The notes below the pieces were generated by a model. That model was not told the DNA's origin. It did not search any database and saw nothing but the letters and a program-made list of their open reading frames with translations. From an uncultured delta proteobacterium (GTDB taxonomy: Bacteria; Myxococcota_A; UBA9160; SMWR01), in assembly GCA_963832165.1 (NCBI GenBank), contig CAWHTE010000005.1:256001-320000 (forward strand): a stretch of DNA of 64,000 nt, given 5' to 3'. The translations under genes were made by a program, and so were the position numbers. Positions within the stretch are counted from its first letter, which is position 1. Every line of letters begins with the position of its first letter. This document shows, piece by piece, positions 26,110 through 39,200 of the stretch.

Positions 26110-28207
26110 ATGCGCGCGCCGTGCGCCGCAGCGATTTGTCTCGCCATCGTCTCGATATCCCCTGTCCGGGTATCCGCCGACCATTCGTCGACGGAGCCCG
26201 AGACGATCGTCATTCGGGACAAAGCCGTCGAGAACGACCGCGAGCAGAGCGACGCGGCAGCGCTCGCAGAGCTCCGGCGCACACCGGGCGGCGTTGCGCT
26301 CGTCGTCGACGAAGCGATCGAGCGAACTCGCGCGGCGACGCTCGAGGACGTGCTCGAATCCGTGCCGGGCGTCTACGTGCGCGCGCGCGGTACGGGCGAG
26401 GAGCCGCAGATCTCGATCCGGGGCTCGGGTCTGCGCAACAACTTCCACACGCGCGGCGTGAACATTCTGCTCGATGGCTTCCCGTTCCAGAACGCCGACG
26501 GCTTCTCCGATGTCGAGGTCTTCGAGTTCCTCGCGGCGCAACGGGTCGAGGTGTACAAGGGTGCCAACTCGCTGCGCTTCGGGGGCAACACGCTCGGAGG
26601 CGCCGTCAACATCGTCACCCAGACCGGCCGCGACGCCGCACCGCTGCGCCTGCGCAGCGAGGGCGGCGCGTTCGGGTTCTCGAAGACCTATGGGTCGGGC
26701 GCCTACCACGGCGGTCCCTGGGATGCATTCCTCGCGCTCTCCCACACGCAGCAGGAGGGGTACCGCGACCACGCGGAGCAGGACCGGCAACGAGCCTACG
26801 GGTCGTTCGCGCGCCACTTCGACGGCGGCGCTTCGCTGCGCGTCGATCTGAACGGGGTGCGCAATCGGCAACGGCTTCCGGGTGCGCTCGACCACGGCGA
26901 GCTGCACGCCGACCCGAAGGCGGCGAACCTCGCGAGCGATCTCCAGGACGAGCGCCGCGACTTCGAGTACGGCCGCGGCGCCGCCACCTTGTCGCTTCCG
27001 GTCAGCGACGAAGTCCGGATCGACTGGCAGACCCAGACGAGCTTCCAGGATCTCCACCACCCACTCGCGTTCGGCATCATCGACAACGAGACATGGAATG
27101 CGGGCTCGGAGCTGCGGCTCGTGTCGGAGCACCCGATCTTCTCGCTCGACAGCCGCTTCGACGCTGGACTCCAGGCCGCCTACACGCGCCAGCCCCAGAC
27201 GATCTACGAAAATCTTCAGGGGCACCGCGGTACGAGCTTTTCCCGCCAGCTCGGTCAAGCCGGAAACGCCGCATTCTATTTCAGCGAAGACCTCGAAGTG
27301 TTCGATGCGGTCTCGCTCGTCGGCGGCACGCGCGGCCAGTTCGCGTGGCGTCGCGTGCGCGACAAGGTGGCGGGCGAAACCGACTCGGTGGAGTACTGGT
27401 TCGCCGCGCCGTCGGCGGGCACGATCTGGCGCGCGGCTCCCGGGGCCGAGCTGTACGCGAACGCTGGCTATGCGGTCGAACCCGGCGTGCTGTTCGAGCT
27501 GACGGCGCCGGGCAACGCAACCCCCGGGCTCGACCTCGATGCGCTCGATCCGCAGCGTGCCTGGCAGTTCGAGATCGGGGTGCGAGGAGCCATCTCAGAC
27601 TACCTGTCGTTCGACGTCGCCGTCTTCGACATGGAGCTGCAGCGACGAGATCCGCAACGTCAACGTGGCGCCGTTTCCCGGCGCACCCTTCACGATCCCC
27701 GCCTACGCGAACATCGACCGATCGCGGCACTGGGGAGTCGAGGTGGCTCTCGATCTCCAGCTCGTACGCGACCTCGCGTCGCCGTTCGGACTCGAAGGCG
27801 GCGGGGAACTGCGCGCGCAGACGGCCTATACCTACGCGCGCTACGAGTTCGTTCGCGACGACCTGTTCGGCAACAACGACCTGCCCGGGGCGCCGCGCCA
27901 CTTCACCACGGCGGGGCTGCGCTGGCAGCATGGCTCCGGCGTCTGGCTCGCGCCGCAGGTCAAGTGGGTGCCGGTGCGCTGGTTCGTCGACAGCGAGAAC
28001 GTCAACTCCGCGGGGGAGTACGCCATCTACAACGTGCGGGCCGGGTACGACCATCTGCGCAGCGGCGTGTCGCTGTTCGTCGAAGGGCGGAACCTCGCCG
28101 ATCGCGATTACGTTTCCTCCGTGGTCGTAGACGCGGGCGATCAGCGTTTTTTCGAGCCCGGTGACGGCCGCGGCGTCTTCGGAGGGGTGGAATGGCGCTG
28201 GCATTGA
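26110..28207 (+). CDS. TonB-dependent receptor (one frameshift near 27640)
   Basis: Plug motifs ISIRGSG and RVEVYKGANSLRFGGNTLGGAVN. The barrel continues in the +1 frame (DEIRNVN...NLADRDY...GGVEWRWH). Confidence 0.9.
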
Positions 28208-29406
28208 GGCACGCGCTGTCGCTCGCCCTGGCGTGCGCGCTCGCCGGCTGCAATGCGGGTGGCGTTCCGCTCGTCCCGACCGAATCGGCAAGGCGCGAGC
28301 TCGCGCACCCGGGAGCGCCGCACGCGGCGCACGTGACCGATCCCGCGCTCGCGCTCGCCCCCGACGGCACGCCCCACGTCTCCTGGATCCGCGAAGACGA
28401 CTCGGGCCGGCACGTGCAGTCCATTGCATTGCACGCCGACGCTGCCGCGCCGGTCCGCGTGGACCCCAAGACCCAGCCGGTCGCGAGCGGACATCAGGCA
28501 CCGGGCCTCGCGATCGGAGCCGATGGCCGCATCCATGTGAGCTGGGCATCGCCGCGCCGCGATCCGGGTGCACCGCCGTTCGCATCGGATCTCGTGCTCG
28601 CCACCTCCCCCGATGGCGGTCGCAGCTTCGCGGCGCCGCTGCGTTTGAACGAGGACCGACCGGGTTCGCGCGGCTTCGAGTCACTCGGAATCGATGCGCG
28701 GGGTGCCGTGATCGCGGCATGGATCGAACCCGGCCAGCGCGCAGTGACGCGCGCAGCCCGCGTCGTGAATGGCGCGGTGGTCGAGCGGGCCGATCTCGGG
28801 GAGCGCACGTGTCCGTGCTGTCGCGTCGCCGTGGCCGCCGACCCGGGCGGCTCCGTCGGGTTGCTGTGGCGTGACGAGTTCCCGGGTCAGGTTCGCGACA
28901 TGGTGTTCGCACTATCACCGCCTGGGCCGTTCGCGTTCACCCCGAGTGAACGCGTGCGCGACGACGGTTGGGTGTTCGCGGCGTGCCCGCATCGCGGCGG
29001 CGCGCTCGCGTTTGCGCCCGACGGCCGCGCGATCGCTGCCTGGTATACCGAGGGAAGCAGCGGCGAACCCGCACTCTGGCTCGCCGCGCGTGGGGATGCC
29101 GGATTCGCGGCTCCAACGGCCGTGCACGAGGGATCGGGATCTCAGCCCGATCGGGTTGCGCTCGCGGTCGACGCGGACGGCGCCGGCCTGCTGATCTGGG
29201 AACGCCGCTCGCCCGTGCGCAGCGAGATCGCCGCGCGGGCGATCAGCGCACAGGGAAACCTGGGACCGGTATCCGTCGTGTCCCGCGGTGTACACGCGTC
29301 GGGCCCAGCGCTCGCGGCCAGGCCGGGTGGCGGATTCGTGGCGGCGTGGAACGAAGAGGAGTTCCCCGCGTTGCGCACGGTCGTGGTGGATTTCGCGCTG
29401 GAATGA
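28204..29406 (+). CDS. BNR/Asp-box (sialidase-like beta-propeller) lipoprotein with Cys motifs
   Basis: Lipobox LAGC, Asp-box SPDGGRSF, CPCC and ACPHRG. Start is 28192 or 28204. Confidence 0.75.
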   Translation: MRHALSLALACALAGCNAGGVPLVPTESARRELAHPGAPHAAHVTDPALALAPDGTPHVSWIREDDSGRHVQSIALHADAAAPVRVDPKTQPVASGHQAPGLAIGADGRIHVSWASPRRDPGAPPFASDLVLATSPDGGRSFAAPLRLNEDRPGSRGFESLGIDARGAVIAAWIEPGQRAVTRAARVVNGAVVERADLGERTCPCCRVAVAADPGGSVGLLWRDEFPGQVRDMVFALSPPGPFAFTPSERVRDDGWVFAACPHRGGALAFAPDGRAIAAWYTEGSSGEPALWLAARGDAGFAAPTAVHEGSGSQPDRVALAVDADGAGLLIWERRSPVRSEIAARAISAQGNLGPVSVVSRGVHASGPALAARPGGGFVAAWNEEEFPALRTVVVDFALE

Positions 29407-29526
29407 TAGGTGTCACCCGACGCCTCGTTGCTACCACCAACTAGCGCCGCAATTCACGCTGAAGACCCTAAAGCTGTGTTGGGATTCGGGCCCGGGTTCG
29501 TTCCATCGCACTCTAGGGAGGACGCC

Positions 29527-30225
29527 ATGAAGGCGTTTCTTGGACTTTCGATCCTCTTCCTTGCGACCGCGGTGCAAGCCGCGACCATCGCGATCACCTC
29601 CGACCGGTCCGACTACGCCGTCGGGGACACGATCACGCTCACGATCACGGGTGACCCCCAGGGCGGCAGCGGTTACGGCGCACTCGGTCTGATCACGTAC
29701 GACTCGATCCTCGCCGACACCCTCGCGGCCACCCAGACCCCGCTCTCGGGCGCCGGGGGAGAATGGATTGTCGGGGACCTGGACACAGGCGATGGCTTCT
29801 CGGTGGTCTGGAACCAGATCGCGGGGCTCGAGCCCCTCGCGGCGGACGGACTCTCGGTCACCACCGTACAGCTCGTCGCGCAGTACGGCGGCACGCTCTC
29901 GATCGACTGGTCCGACGACTCTCTCGACTTCTTCGGTGCCTCGGCTCCCGGGACCTATTCGGTGTTCATCGACGGGCCTGCCTACGTCCCGCCGCCTCCT
30001 CCGGAGCCGCCGCCCGTCGTCGAGCCTCCGCCTCCGCCGCCGGTCATCGAGGAGCCGCCGCCTCCGCCGCCCTACGTGCCGCCGACGACGACCGAACCGC
30101 CACCTACCTATGAACCGCCGATCGTCAGCTCTTCCGGCAGCGGGACGCCTGCACCCGAGCCGAGCGGTGCGCTGATCTTCGCGGTGGCGCTGTACCTGGT
30201 GCGACGCGCGACCGCGGCCCGCTAG
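29527..30225 (+). CDS. PEP-CTERM protein with beta-sandwich domain and Pro-rich linker
   Basis: Signal peptide MKAFLGLSILFLATAVQA, poly-Pro stalk, then APEP, a TM segment and RR. Confidence 0.85.
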   Translation: MKAFLGLSILFLATAVQAATIAITSDRSDYAVGDTITLTITGDPQGGSGYGALGLITYDSILADTLAATQTPLSGAGGEWIVGDLDTGDGFSVVWNQIAGLEPLAADGLSVTTVQLVAQYGGTLSIDWSDDSLDFFGASAPGTYSVFIDGPAYVPPPPPEPPPVVEPPPPPPVIEEPPPPPPYVPPTTTEPPPTYEPPIVSSSGSGTPAPEPSGALIFAVALYLVRRATAAR

Positions 30226-30227
30226 GA

Positions 30228-33200
30228 CTACATCGAGCCGACGAGGTTGAAGAACACGCCCTGGTGGTCGTAGGAGAGGTCGGTCAGGTCGTCGGAGAAG
30301 TCCGTGAAGTTGTAGCCGACGCCGACCTTCATGTTGTCGCCGAGGTAGCGGTAGATCGTGAACAGCGAGCCGATCTTGCGCTCGTCGAGGTCGGTGAGGT
30401 CGAGCATGCGGCCTTCGACCGTGCCCTCCCAGTTCTTCAGGAAGCGGTAGTCGCCGCGCACGATGTAGAGGTGGGCGTTGTTGTCGAAGAAGTGCGGATC
30501 GTCGCGATCGAGGCTCACCTGGGAGAGGCGGAACGCGTACTTGCCGCCGAGCGAGAAGTACTTGTTGAAGTCGTACGTGACGTCGAGTGCGGCCACGTGG
30601 CTCTTCTGGATGAACTGCGCCGGAATGTTCTGCAGCGTCACCTGGTCGGTGGTCGGGACGTTGTAGAAGTAGGTGTACTTCGCGAGCGTGTGCAGGCGGT
30701 CGAACGTCACCGGGCGATAGGCATAGCCGAGGATGGCCTCCGTGTAGCCGCCGTCGTAGAACTCGCCCAGCGAGCTGTCGCTGAACATGTGGTTGAGCTT
30801 GCCCAGCACGCGCGCGCTCGGCGTCATCTGGAGCCGGAAGTTGTTCCGGAACAGCCACGTCTCGCGATCGTTCCGCGTGAGGTCGAGCTGCTGAACCTCG
30901 TCGTCGCGATACTCCACGCCACTCGACAGGTGGAACTCGTCGAAGCCGTACGACAGCCGGAGCCCGCCCGCATTGCGATCGGTCTCGGCGTAGGTGTCGT
31001 GGTCGACCAGCGTGCCGAAGCCCCAGTTCGCAGCCAGGCTCCAGCGATCGCTCGGCGTGAAGTTCATGCCCATCGCGCGCGAGAGCCCGGTCGCGTCGCC
31101 GTGCTGGTAGCGGTCCTCGAGGAACACGCTCGCGCTGTCGGACATGCGCGTCTTCATGCCCGAGACCAGCGTGCCGCGGCGCTGGTGCATCGCGCCGTAC
31201 TCGCGCTCGTTCTCGAAGCCGTAGGAGAGGTAGTGCTGCGTATCCTTGGACTGCTGGTAGCGCGTACCGAGCCGCACCGCGGGCCCGAGATTGCCGCCCG
31301 AGACCTCGCCGTCGAGCACGAAGCGGTCGCTCATGCGATAGGAGCCGCCGACACCGCCGCGCGAGTTGTCCTCGCGGTCGCCCGACTTCGCGACGGTGCC
31401 CTGGCCGAACGTGTAGGCGCGCCAGCTGCCCTGCGGATCGAAGCCGAGCTTCACCACGGCATCGGTGCGCTCGCCCTCTTCCTGGGTGAGCGGCACGGTC
31501 GGTGAATCGTCGCTGCGCCGGTCGTTGCGGACGCCGGTGCCGATGCTCCAGTTGTCGGTCAGCCGGTAGCCCAGGTCGACTTCCGCCGCGCGCGTTTCGA
31601 GCCCGTCGTCCTGCTTCTTCTGGTCGCCCTTCGCAATCAGCTCGAGTCGCTTCGTGATCGGCACGCCGAGCACGCCGCCGAACTGATCGGTGTCGAAGAG
31701 CGCGGTATTGCCGGGGCCCGCATAGCCCTCCTCGAGCGTCTGCCCGTAGAGCGCAAGGCGGCCCGGGGCGCCCTCGATGAAGTCGCCCACGCCGACGCTC
31801 ACGTCCGCGCGATACGCCTCCGCATCGGCGTCGACGAGCGTCGCATTGCCGATGTTCGCGAACAGGAAGCCGCCGTCGTCGGACCGGAACGAGCTCGCGA
31901 CGAGCCCTTCGCTCTTGCCGGCCTGCACCTTCGCCCACGAGTCCGTGGACAGCCGCGCGGTCACGTCTCCGCCGTAGAGGCTGCTGTCGGTCTCGTCGTC
32001 GTCGTTCTGGTTGCCGGTCATGCCGAGCCCGAGCCAGTCGGTCACCCAGAGGCGGCCGCTGCCGCCGAGCGCGAGCGCGTCGAGGTCCTCGAAGCCGGGC
32101 GTGTACTCGTACTGCGCGACGAGCCAGGCCTCGTCGCCCGAGACGTTCTCGCTGCGCACGAACAGCTGATCGGACACGGTCGACGAGAGCGGCTCGGTGA
32201 GCAGGATCCGGCCCTGGAGATAGTCGATGTCGTAGTCGACCGTCGGCTGCAGGTGCACGACGCCCGTCACGAGGCCGGAGTCCTTGTCGCGCACCTCGAT
32301 CCGCAGCCGCTCGGAGCCCATCAGGATGTCCTGGCGCCGCAGGAAGTAGAGCGATCCCTCGGTGCCGCGGAACTCCTCGCGGCTCGGCACGGTGCCAGGC
32401 TCGGCGGCGAAGCCGTCGATCGCGAGGCGCTGCTCGCCGTACTTCGTGGTCCCGAGCGTCTGGTAGTGGACGTTGCCGCCGTACAGACCGCGGTCGACCT
32501 GCACGAGCTCGTTGTCGAGATAGCCGACCTTGAAGTTGCCCCACATCGCGTGGTTCTCGCGCTGGTCGACCTTCACGAAGAACTTGCCGTTGGTCGGGGC
32601 GGCCTCCTTCACGGTGCCGTCATCCCCGAACGCCGGGTAGTGGTAGTCGGGATCGATGCGCCGGAACAGCGATTCCGGGGTCTTCTTCACGAAGTCGCTG
32701 AACAGGTCTTCGACCGGCTCCTCGCGCGTGTCGGCGCTCGCGGTGAGCTTCCAGGTGTCCCAGAACTTGCCCGTCGTGAAGAACGCGAGTCGGCCGTCCG
32801 CGTTGGAGTTCGGGTCGTAGGGCGCGTCGTTGCCCTCGAGCCCGTTCCGGCTCGGCTTGCCCTTCAGGTTCGCCTGCGCCGTGAAGTCGGCGATGCCCAC
32901 GTAGAACCAGTCGTTGCGCTTCATCTCGAGGTCGCGCAGGAACAGCTCGCCGTTGCCCGCCTCGTCGAGCACCGCCACTTCGACCGTGTGCATGCCCTGC
33001 GGCAGCACGACCTCGGCGGCGAAGTTCCCGTGCTCGTCCACGGGCACCTGGGCCCCCGCGAGCCACACCGCGTGCTTGGGCGGAATGCCGCGGCCGTGCA
33101 CCGCGACCGTGCCCACGTTGTCGAGCGGGATGTTGCGCGTCGACGGGCCCGTCTCGCCGTAGTTCGCAAGCAGATTGTCCGCGGGCGGCGCGGCACCATC

Positions 33201-36200
33201 AGCGCCGTCGGTGCCGTCCGGGCCCGGCTCGGACCCGTCGGCGTACTTCAGCCACAGCGACTGCGGCTGCGTCTCGTCGAAGTGCCCGTCCTTGTCGTAC
33301 GCGCGCAGCACGTAGTGCAGCTCGCGCACAGGCGACGCGAACCACTCCGCGGTCGGCTGCCACTGCGCGTTGCCCTGCGCGTCGACCTCGGCCACCGCGA
33401 GCGGCTCGGCCTGGACCGACTGGCCCTTCTCGAAGATCCGCACCTCGGACCGCTCGATCCAATGCGCGTAGTTCGTGTAGCCCCGGAAGCGCACGGCCGG
33501 TCCCAGATCACCCTCCCCCGCATCCGCGGGCACGGGCGCCGTGATCGGGTCGGACGTCACGGAGAGGCGCGGCACCGCCTTGAGATCGTCGAAGCGGAAC
33601 TGCATCTCCGCGTCTTCGAGCGCCACGTCCGTACAGCGCTGGATGTCGGCCAGGCTGCGACCCGGGTCGTCGATCGGCTCGCCGTCCACGGTGATCCGCA
33701 TCAGGTTCAGCGCGAGCGGGTCCTTCGCCTCGAGCTCGCGGGTCATCGGCGTGACCTCGACGCCCTCGTAGTCGTCGATCAGCGCGAGATCGTCGTAGAC
33801 GACCTGCACCACCACGTAGGAGGTCTCGCCCTGCACGAAGCCCGCGTTCACCACATCGTCGGACTGTACGTAGCCGCGTCCCTCGTGCTCGGCCTGCGCG
33901 TCGGGCAGCGATAGGTCGGTCTTGATCCGGTCCATCGCGCGGCGCGCGCGTGCAGCCGAGAGGCCGACGTCGTCGCCGTACACGGACGCGGTGCGCCGGT
34001 CGAGCCGCTCGTTCCGCGTGTAGCCGATGAAGCGCAGGCGCGCGTGGGTCTTGTCCGCGACGTCGCCGAGCGCGCGCCGCAACACTTCTCCGTAGCCGGC
34101 CGGCACCTGCGCCTCGCCGTGCGCATCGACCTGCAGCGGCTCGATCGGGCCCCACGGCGGGTCATAGACCACGGTGACGAGGTCGGCGCCCGCCGCATCC
34201 GGGCAGATCTGGGGCTCGGTGGGCAGATCCGCGAGCGGATCGTCGTACCAGAACTCCACCTCCACGCGGCGGTTCAGCGCGCGACCGCGGTCGGTCTGGT
34301 TGGACGCGATCGGTCGGCTCGCGCCGCGGCCGTCGCTCGCGATCGCCGCCGTCGGCAGCGCAAGCGCGTCCTTCACCGCGAGCGCGGCCCGGTGGCCCAG
34401 CGCCTTCGAGAGCGCCAGATGCGTGCCGTAGATGCGCTCGGCACGGCCCTGGAGCGGCGCGTCATCGGTGTACCCGATGAACTTGACCGCGACGTGTTGC
34501 TTGTCGCGCAGGTCGTGCAGCGCCTGCTTGATCTGGGCGACGAACTCCTGCGTGACCTGGACGTTCTCCTCGCCCGCGTGCAGCGGCGGAATCAGATTCT
34601 TCACGCGCGCGCGCCGGGCGTGGCCCTCCTGATAGCGGAGCTTGCACACCGTCTCGGTGCGGCAGACCTTGACGCGCTTGATCTCTTCCTTGACGAGCAC
34701 GTCCTCGACCGAGGACGCCTCCTCCATCTGGTCGTACCAGACCTCGACCTCGACGCGCCGGTTCAGCGCGCGACCTTCCTCGGTCGCATTCGTCGCGATC
34801 GGCTGGGTGTCGCCCGCCCAGTCGAACGAGATCGCCTCGGGCGGCAGACCGAGCGCGGTCTGGAGGAACTCCGCGACCTCGCCTGCGCGCTCGCGCGACA
34901 GACCCTGGTTGTCGCCGAACACACCGGACAGCGCGGGCGACAGCGGCTGGTCGTCGGCGTGGCCCACCAGGTGCAACCGCACGTTGGGAAGGTCGTGCAT
35001 GCTGTCGAGCACGCTGCGCAGCTTCGCGATGTAGCTCTGCGGAATCTGCGCGACGCCCGACTCGAAGCGGATCGCCGGCACGATGCCCTTGAGCTTCACG
35101 ATCTTCGCGTGCTCGGTCGTGACTTCCTGCTTCTCGAACCGGTCGCCGAGCTGGTTCTCGAGCGTCTCCGGGTCCTGCGACCAGGTCTGGAACGGCGTGT
35201 CGCCCGACATCTGCCGCTCGACCGAGTTGCCCGGCGTCGTTTCGAGCAGCGGCGGACCCGCATCGACCGACGGCAGCTGCGGCGGGCCTGCGTCGACCGA
35301 CGGCAACAGCGACCCGAGCGCGCCGGCCGTGGTTCCGGCCGGGGCCGCGGGCGGACCGCCGCGGCGCCAGAAGATCTCGACTTCGATCGTGAGCGGGCCG
35401 CGGTTCTTGGCGGCCCACGCCTCGGCGATCATCTGCTTCACGACCGCCACGCGCTCGTCGACGAGCGAGGCGTCCTCGACGTCGGCGATGTAGGACAGGC
35501 GCAGGATCGCCTCGCCCTTCGCGAGCTCCTCGATCAGCAGGTCGACGCGCGGCTTCCACTGCTCGCGCATCACGGTCGAGTTCGGCTCGAACACCGGGTC
35601 CGCGAGGTCCATGCCGACCACGCGCCCGATCGCCGCGCCGAAGTGGAACGGCAGCACCTTGCCGCGCGTGGCGCGCTGCACCTGGACCTGGCGCGTCGTC
35701 ATGCGGTAGCCGCTCGGCAGCGAGCGGTCGTCGAGCTTGAGCACGAAGTTGCTGCCGCGGCCCTCGCGCGGAACCACGGCGCACGTGATGTGGAAGCGGC
35801 CGTGCGGATCGGTCGACGCGACGAGGCCGCGCGCCGTTACGAGCCGGACGCCCGGGAGGCCGCGCTCGGACTTGTCCTGCTCGCCGTTGCGGTTGCCGTC
35901 GTCGAAAACCTTGCCGATCACGTCGGTGCAGTCGAAGGTCGGATCCGGCACGACGCGCACGGTGGCGAACGCCTCGCCCGAGTACGGCACGCCGGCCGTT
36001 CCCGAGAGCGCCTGCGCCCGGTTGGTGAACTCGCCCTCGGTGACGCCACCGCCCACTGCGAGCACGAGCTGCAGTGTGCGATGCGAGAGACCGGGCAGGC
36101 CGCCGAAGTTGCTGAACACCAGATCGCGGCCGTTGATCGTGGGCTCGTTCGGCACGCCGTCGATCCGGCCCGACCCTTCGACGTAGTGGAAGCCGGCCGG

Positions 36201-39200
36201 GAAGCGGTCGAGCAGGATCAGGTCGGTGAGATCCGGCGCGAGCGCGTTGGTCACCACGATCTCGTACGGCACGAGCTGACCGCGGTTCACGTTCAGGAGC
36301 GGCGTGGTCTTCGTGATCGAGACGAGGCCGTCGATCACGGGATCGATCGGGATGTGGTTGTTGAAGAGCTGCGCCGAGCCCTCGCCTGCGCTGTTGTCGA
36401 GCGTGAAGTGCAGGTAGTAGGTCGTGGCCTCGGCGGGCTGCGGGCGCGGTCGTCTGGAACTGCGCTTCGCAGAACGCGAGCGTCGCGGGAACGGCGTCGC
36501 TCGGGCCGCCCGGGCACGTCGGCACCGAGAACGCGGCCGTCGACTGGTCCGTGGTCGGCGGGATGATCGTCGAAACGCCGGGGCCGAAGGCGCTGCCCGG
36601 GGGCGTCACCGCGAGCAGGAACGCACCACCGGGCGGGCACGACCCATCGGAGAAGTTCACGTCGAACTTGTAGAAGCCGTTGGCCAGCGTCACCTGGCCC
36701 TGCTGCACCGGATCCACGAAGCAGCTCGCCGACAGCGGCGTGCCGCCCAGCGTCGTCATCGTCACGGTGGCACCCGCCACGGGCGTGCGCGGAAGCGCGC
36801 TGTACACCACGCCGTTGGGGTCGATCGGCAGGTTCAGGTTCTGCAGGTTGGCGCCCGAGGTCACCACGATGGCGGTGATCTGCTGCGGACCGTTCGTGAA
36901 CGGCGAGTCCGCGATGCCCAGCGACGCGGTGTTCGCGCCTGCGCCCGGAGCGCGGAAGCGCAGCGCGTACTGGTCGCCGTTCACGTCGTTGGGCGGCACG
37001 GAGCCGAACTGGTAGGCGCCGTTCGCATCCGTGAGCACGGTCGCGAGCACCGAGCCGTTCCGGAGCAGCTCGACGGTCCAGCCCGGCAAGCAGGCGCGCG
37101 CTGTCGATCACGTTGTCGAAGTTGAAGTCGTGCCAGACCGTGCCGCTGAGCACGCCCACGCCCGGGGTCGTGCCCACGACGATCGTCACGCTCGCGGTGA
37201 GCTGCTGCGGGGGCGTGTTCCAGTCCACGACGCCCGTGTTGGTCACGGGCGTTCCGTTCGGGGCGTTGATCACGGCGCGGAAGCGCAGCACCGCGGACGC
37301 ACCCGGCGCGAGCGATCCGTACGTGCCGTCGTAGTCGGCCGTGATCAGGGAGCCCACCACCGAGACGCCGCCCGTGTTGCCGTTGAGCGTGGCCGACCCG
37401 GCCACGAGGGTGAGCGCACCCGGCGGGGGGTTCGCGTCGAGGTCGTCGCTCAGCACCACGTCGACCGCGGGCACCGACGACACGTTCGTCACGCGCACGA
37501 CGTACTCGAGCGTCGAGCCCGTGAGCGCGGCGCCGCCGCCGACCACCGCGACCGTCTTGGTGATCGTGAGCGCCTGCGTATCGCCCACCACCACCACGGT
37601 CGGCTCGGGCCCGGTCGCGGGGTTGCCGTCGCCATCCGTGGGCAGGTTCGGGAGCTGGTCGCTCGCCACGATGGCCTGGTTGCTGATCAGCGTGCCCGAC
37701 GCCACGCCCGCGTTCACCTGGAGCAGGAACTGGATCACGGCGCTCTCGCCCGGCGCGAGATCCGGGATCGCGATGCCCCCCGCGAGCGGCGAGACGCCGC
37801 CATCGGGCTGGCCCACGGGCGAGCCGTTCAACGTGGTGGTATCGGCGAGGTAGGTCGTGTTCGCGGGAACGCTGTCCGTCACCGTGAGGCCGGTCGCCGT
37901 GACCGCACCCGTGTTGTAGACGGTGATCGTGTAGCGGAGCGTGTCGAGCGGATCGACGATTCCCTGCGACCCGCCGTCGATCGCGATCGCCACCGACTTC
38001 GGCGCGAACAGGAGCGGCACCGCGCCCACCACGTCGCGCGTGGGATCGTCCGCAACGGCGGTGTCCGGATCGTCCGAGGGCTGGTCGAACACCTGGACCG
38101 CGGGCGCATCCACGAAGCCCTGGTTCGAGATCACCGTGCCGTCGACCGCGCCCGCAGCCACCACCACGTCGAACACGATCGTGGCGACGTTGCTGGTGGT
38201 CGTGGACCCGTCGGCGCGCATCGCGCCCGGCGTGGGATTCTCGGGCGCATGGATCAGGATGCCCGCGGCGAGCGGCGAGCTGCCGCCGGGTCCATCCGGC
38301 ACCGCAGTGCCGTTGAGGGTCGTGCTGCCGGCGACGTAGGTCGTGTTCGCGGGCACGGCGTCGCGCAGCGCGGCGTCGGTCGCGTTCGCGGTGCCGATGT
38401 TCTTGACCGTGATCGTGTAGCGCAGCGTCTCGCCCGCGAGCAGCACGTTCGGGTCGCCCGTGAGATCGGTGGAGATCTTCTGGACGCGGAACACCGCGCC
38501 CGAGGCGATCGTCAGCACCGTGGGATCCTCGTCGCCGGACACGAACGGATCGGACGGGCCGTTCGGGACCGGGTCGTCGCTGACCGTGAACGGGCTTCCG
38601 TTGATGCTCAGCGCGGACTGGTTCGTCACGAGCGTGCCGTTCGAGATCGGCGACGCGAGCTGGACCTCGAACTCGAGCACCACGGTCGCGCCAGCCGCCA
38701 CGCTGATGTTCCGCACGTCCACGACGCCCGTGCCCCGCGCGCCGCCCGTGGCGCTCGTATTGCTGATATCCGCACCCGGGGGAACGTTCACGAGTACGAG
38801 CGTGCTGGGCTCGAACAGCGGGTCGGGGGTGTTCAGGCGATCGAGCTCGTCGAAGATCGCGAGGTTCGTGAGCGCGGCGCCGCTCTGATTGACGAACCGC
38901 ACGGTGTAGCGCAGCAGGTCGCCCGGCGAGGCGGCCGTGGCCGGATTCGCACCGCTCGTCACGTCCATCACGGTCTTCTCGAACAGATAGGCCGGGATTC
39001 CGACCGTGACGGTGTGCGCGTCCTCGTGGTCGAGCGCGAGGGGAGTGCCATCCGTGATCGTGCGCGTGAACTCGCGCCGGCTCGGCGCCGCGGCGGCCGC
39101 GCTGAACCACTGCACCGCGCCCGCGATGTTCGTGAGCCCGGCGCCGTTCTGGCCGCCCGCGTCGAGCACCGTCTGATAGGTGACGATCAGCCGCTGATCG

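Noticed and set aside
29431..32544. Long alternative-frame and antisense ORFs (e.g. 29431-32544, 34044-36566, 37031-39412, 46784-49243, 58193-60724)
   Set aside because: Arg/Ala/Gly-rich shadow ORFs expected in high-GC DNA. They overlap well-supported genes and carry no motifs.
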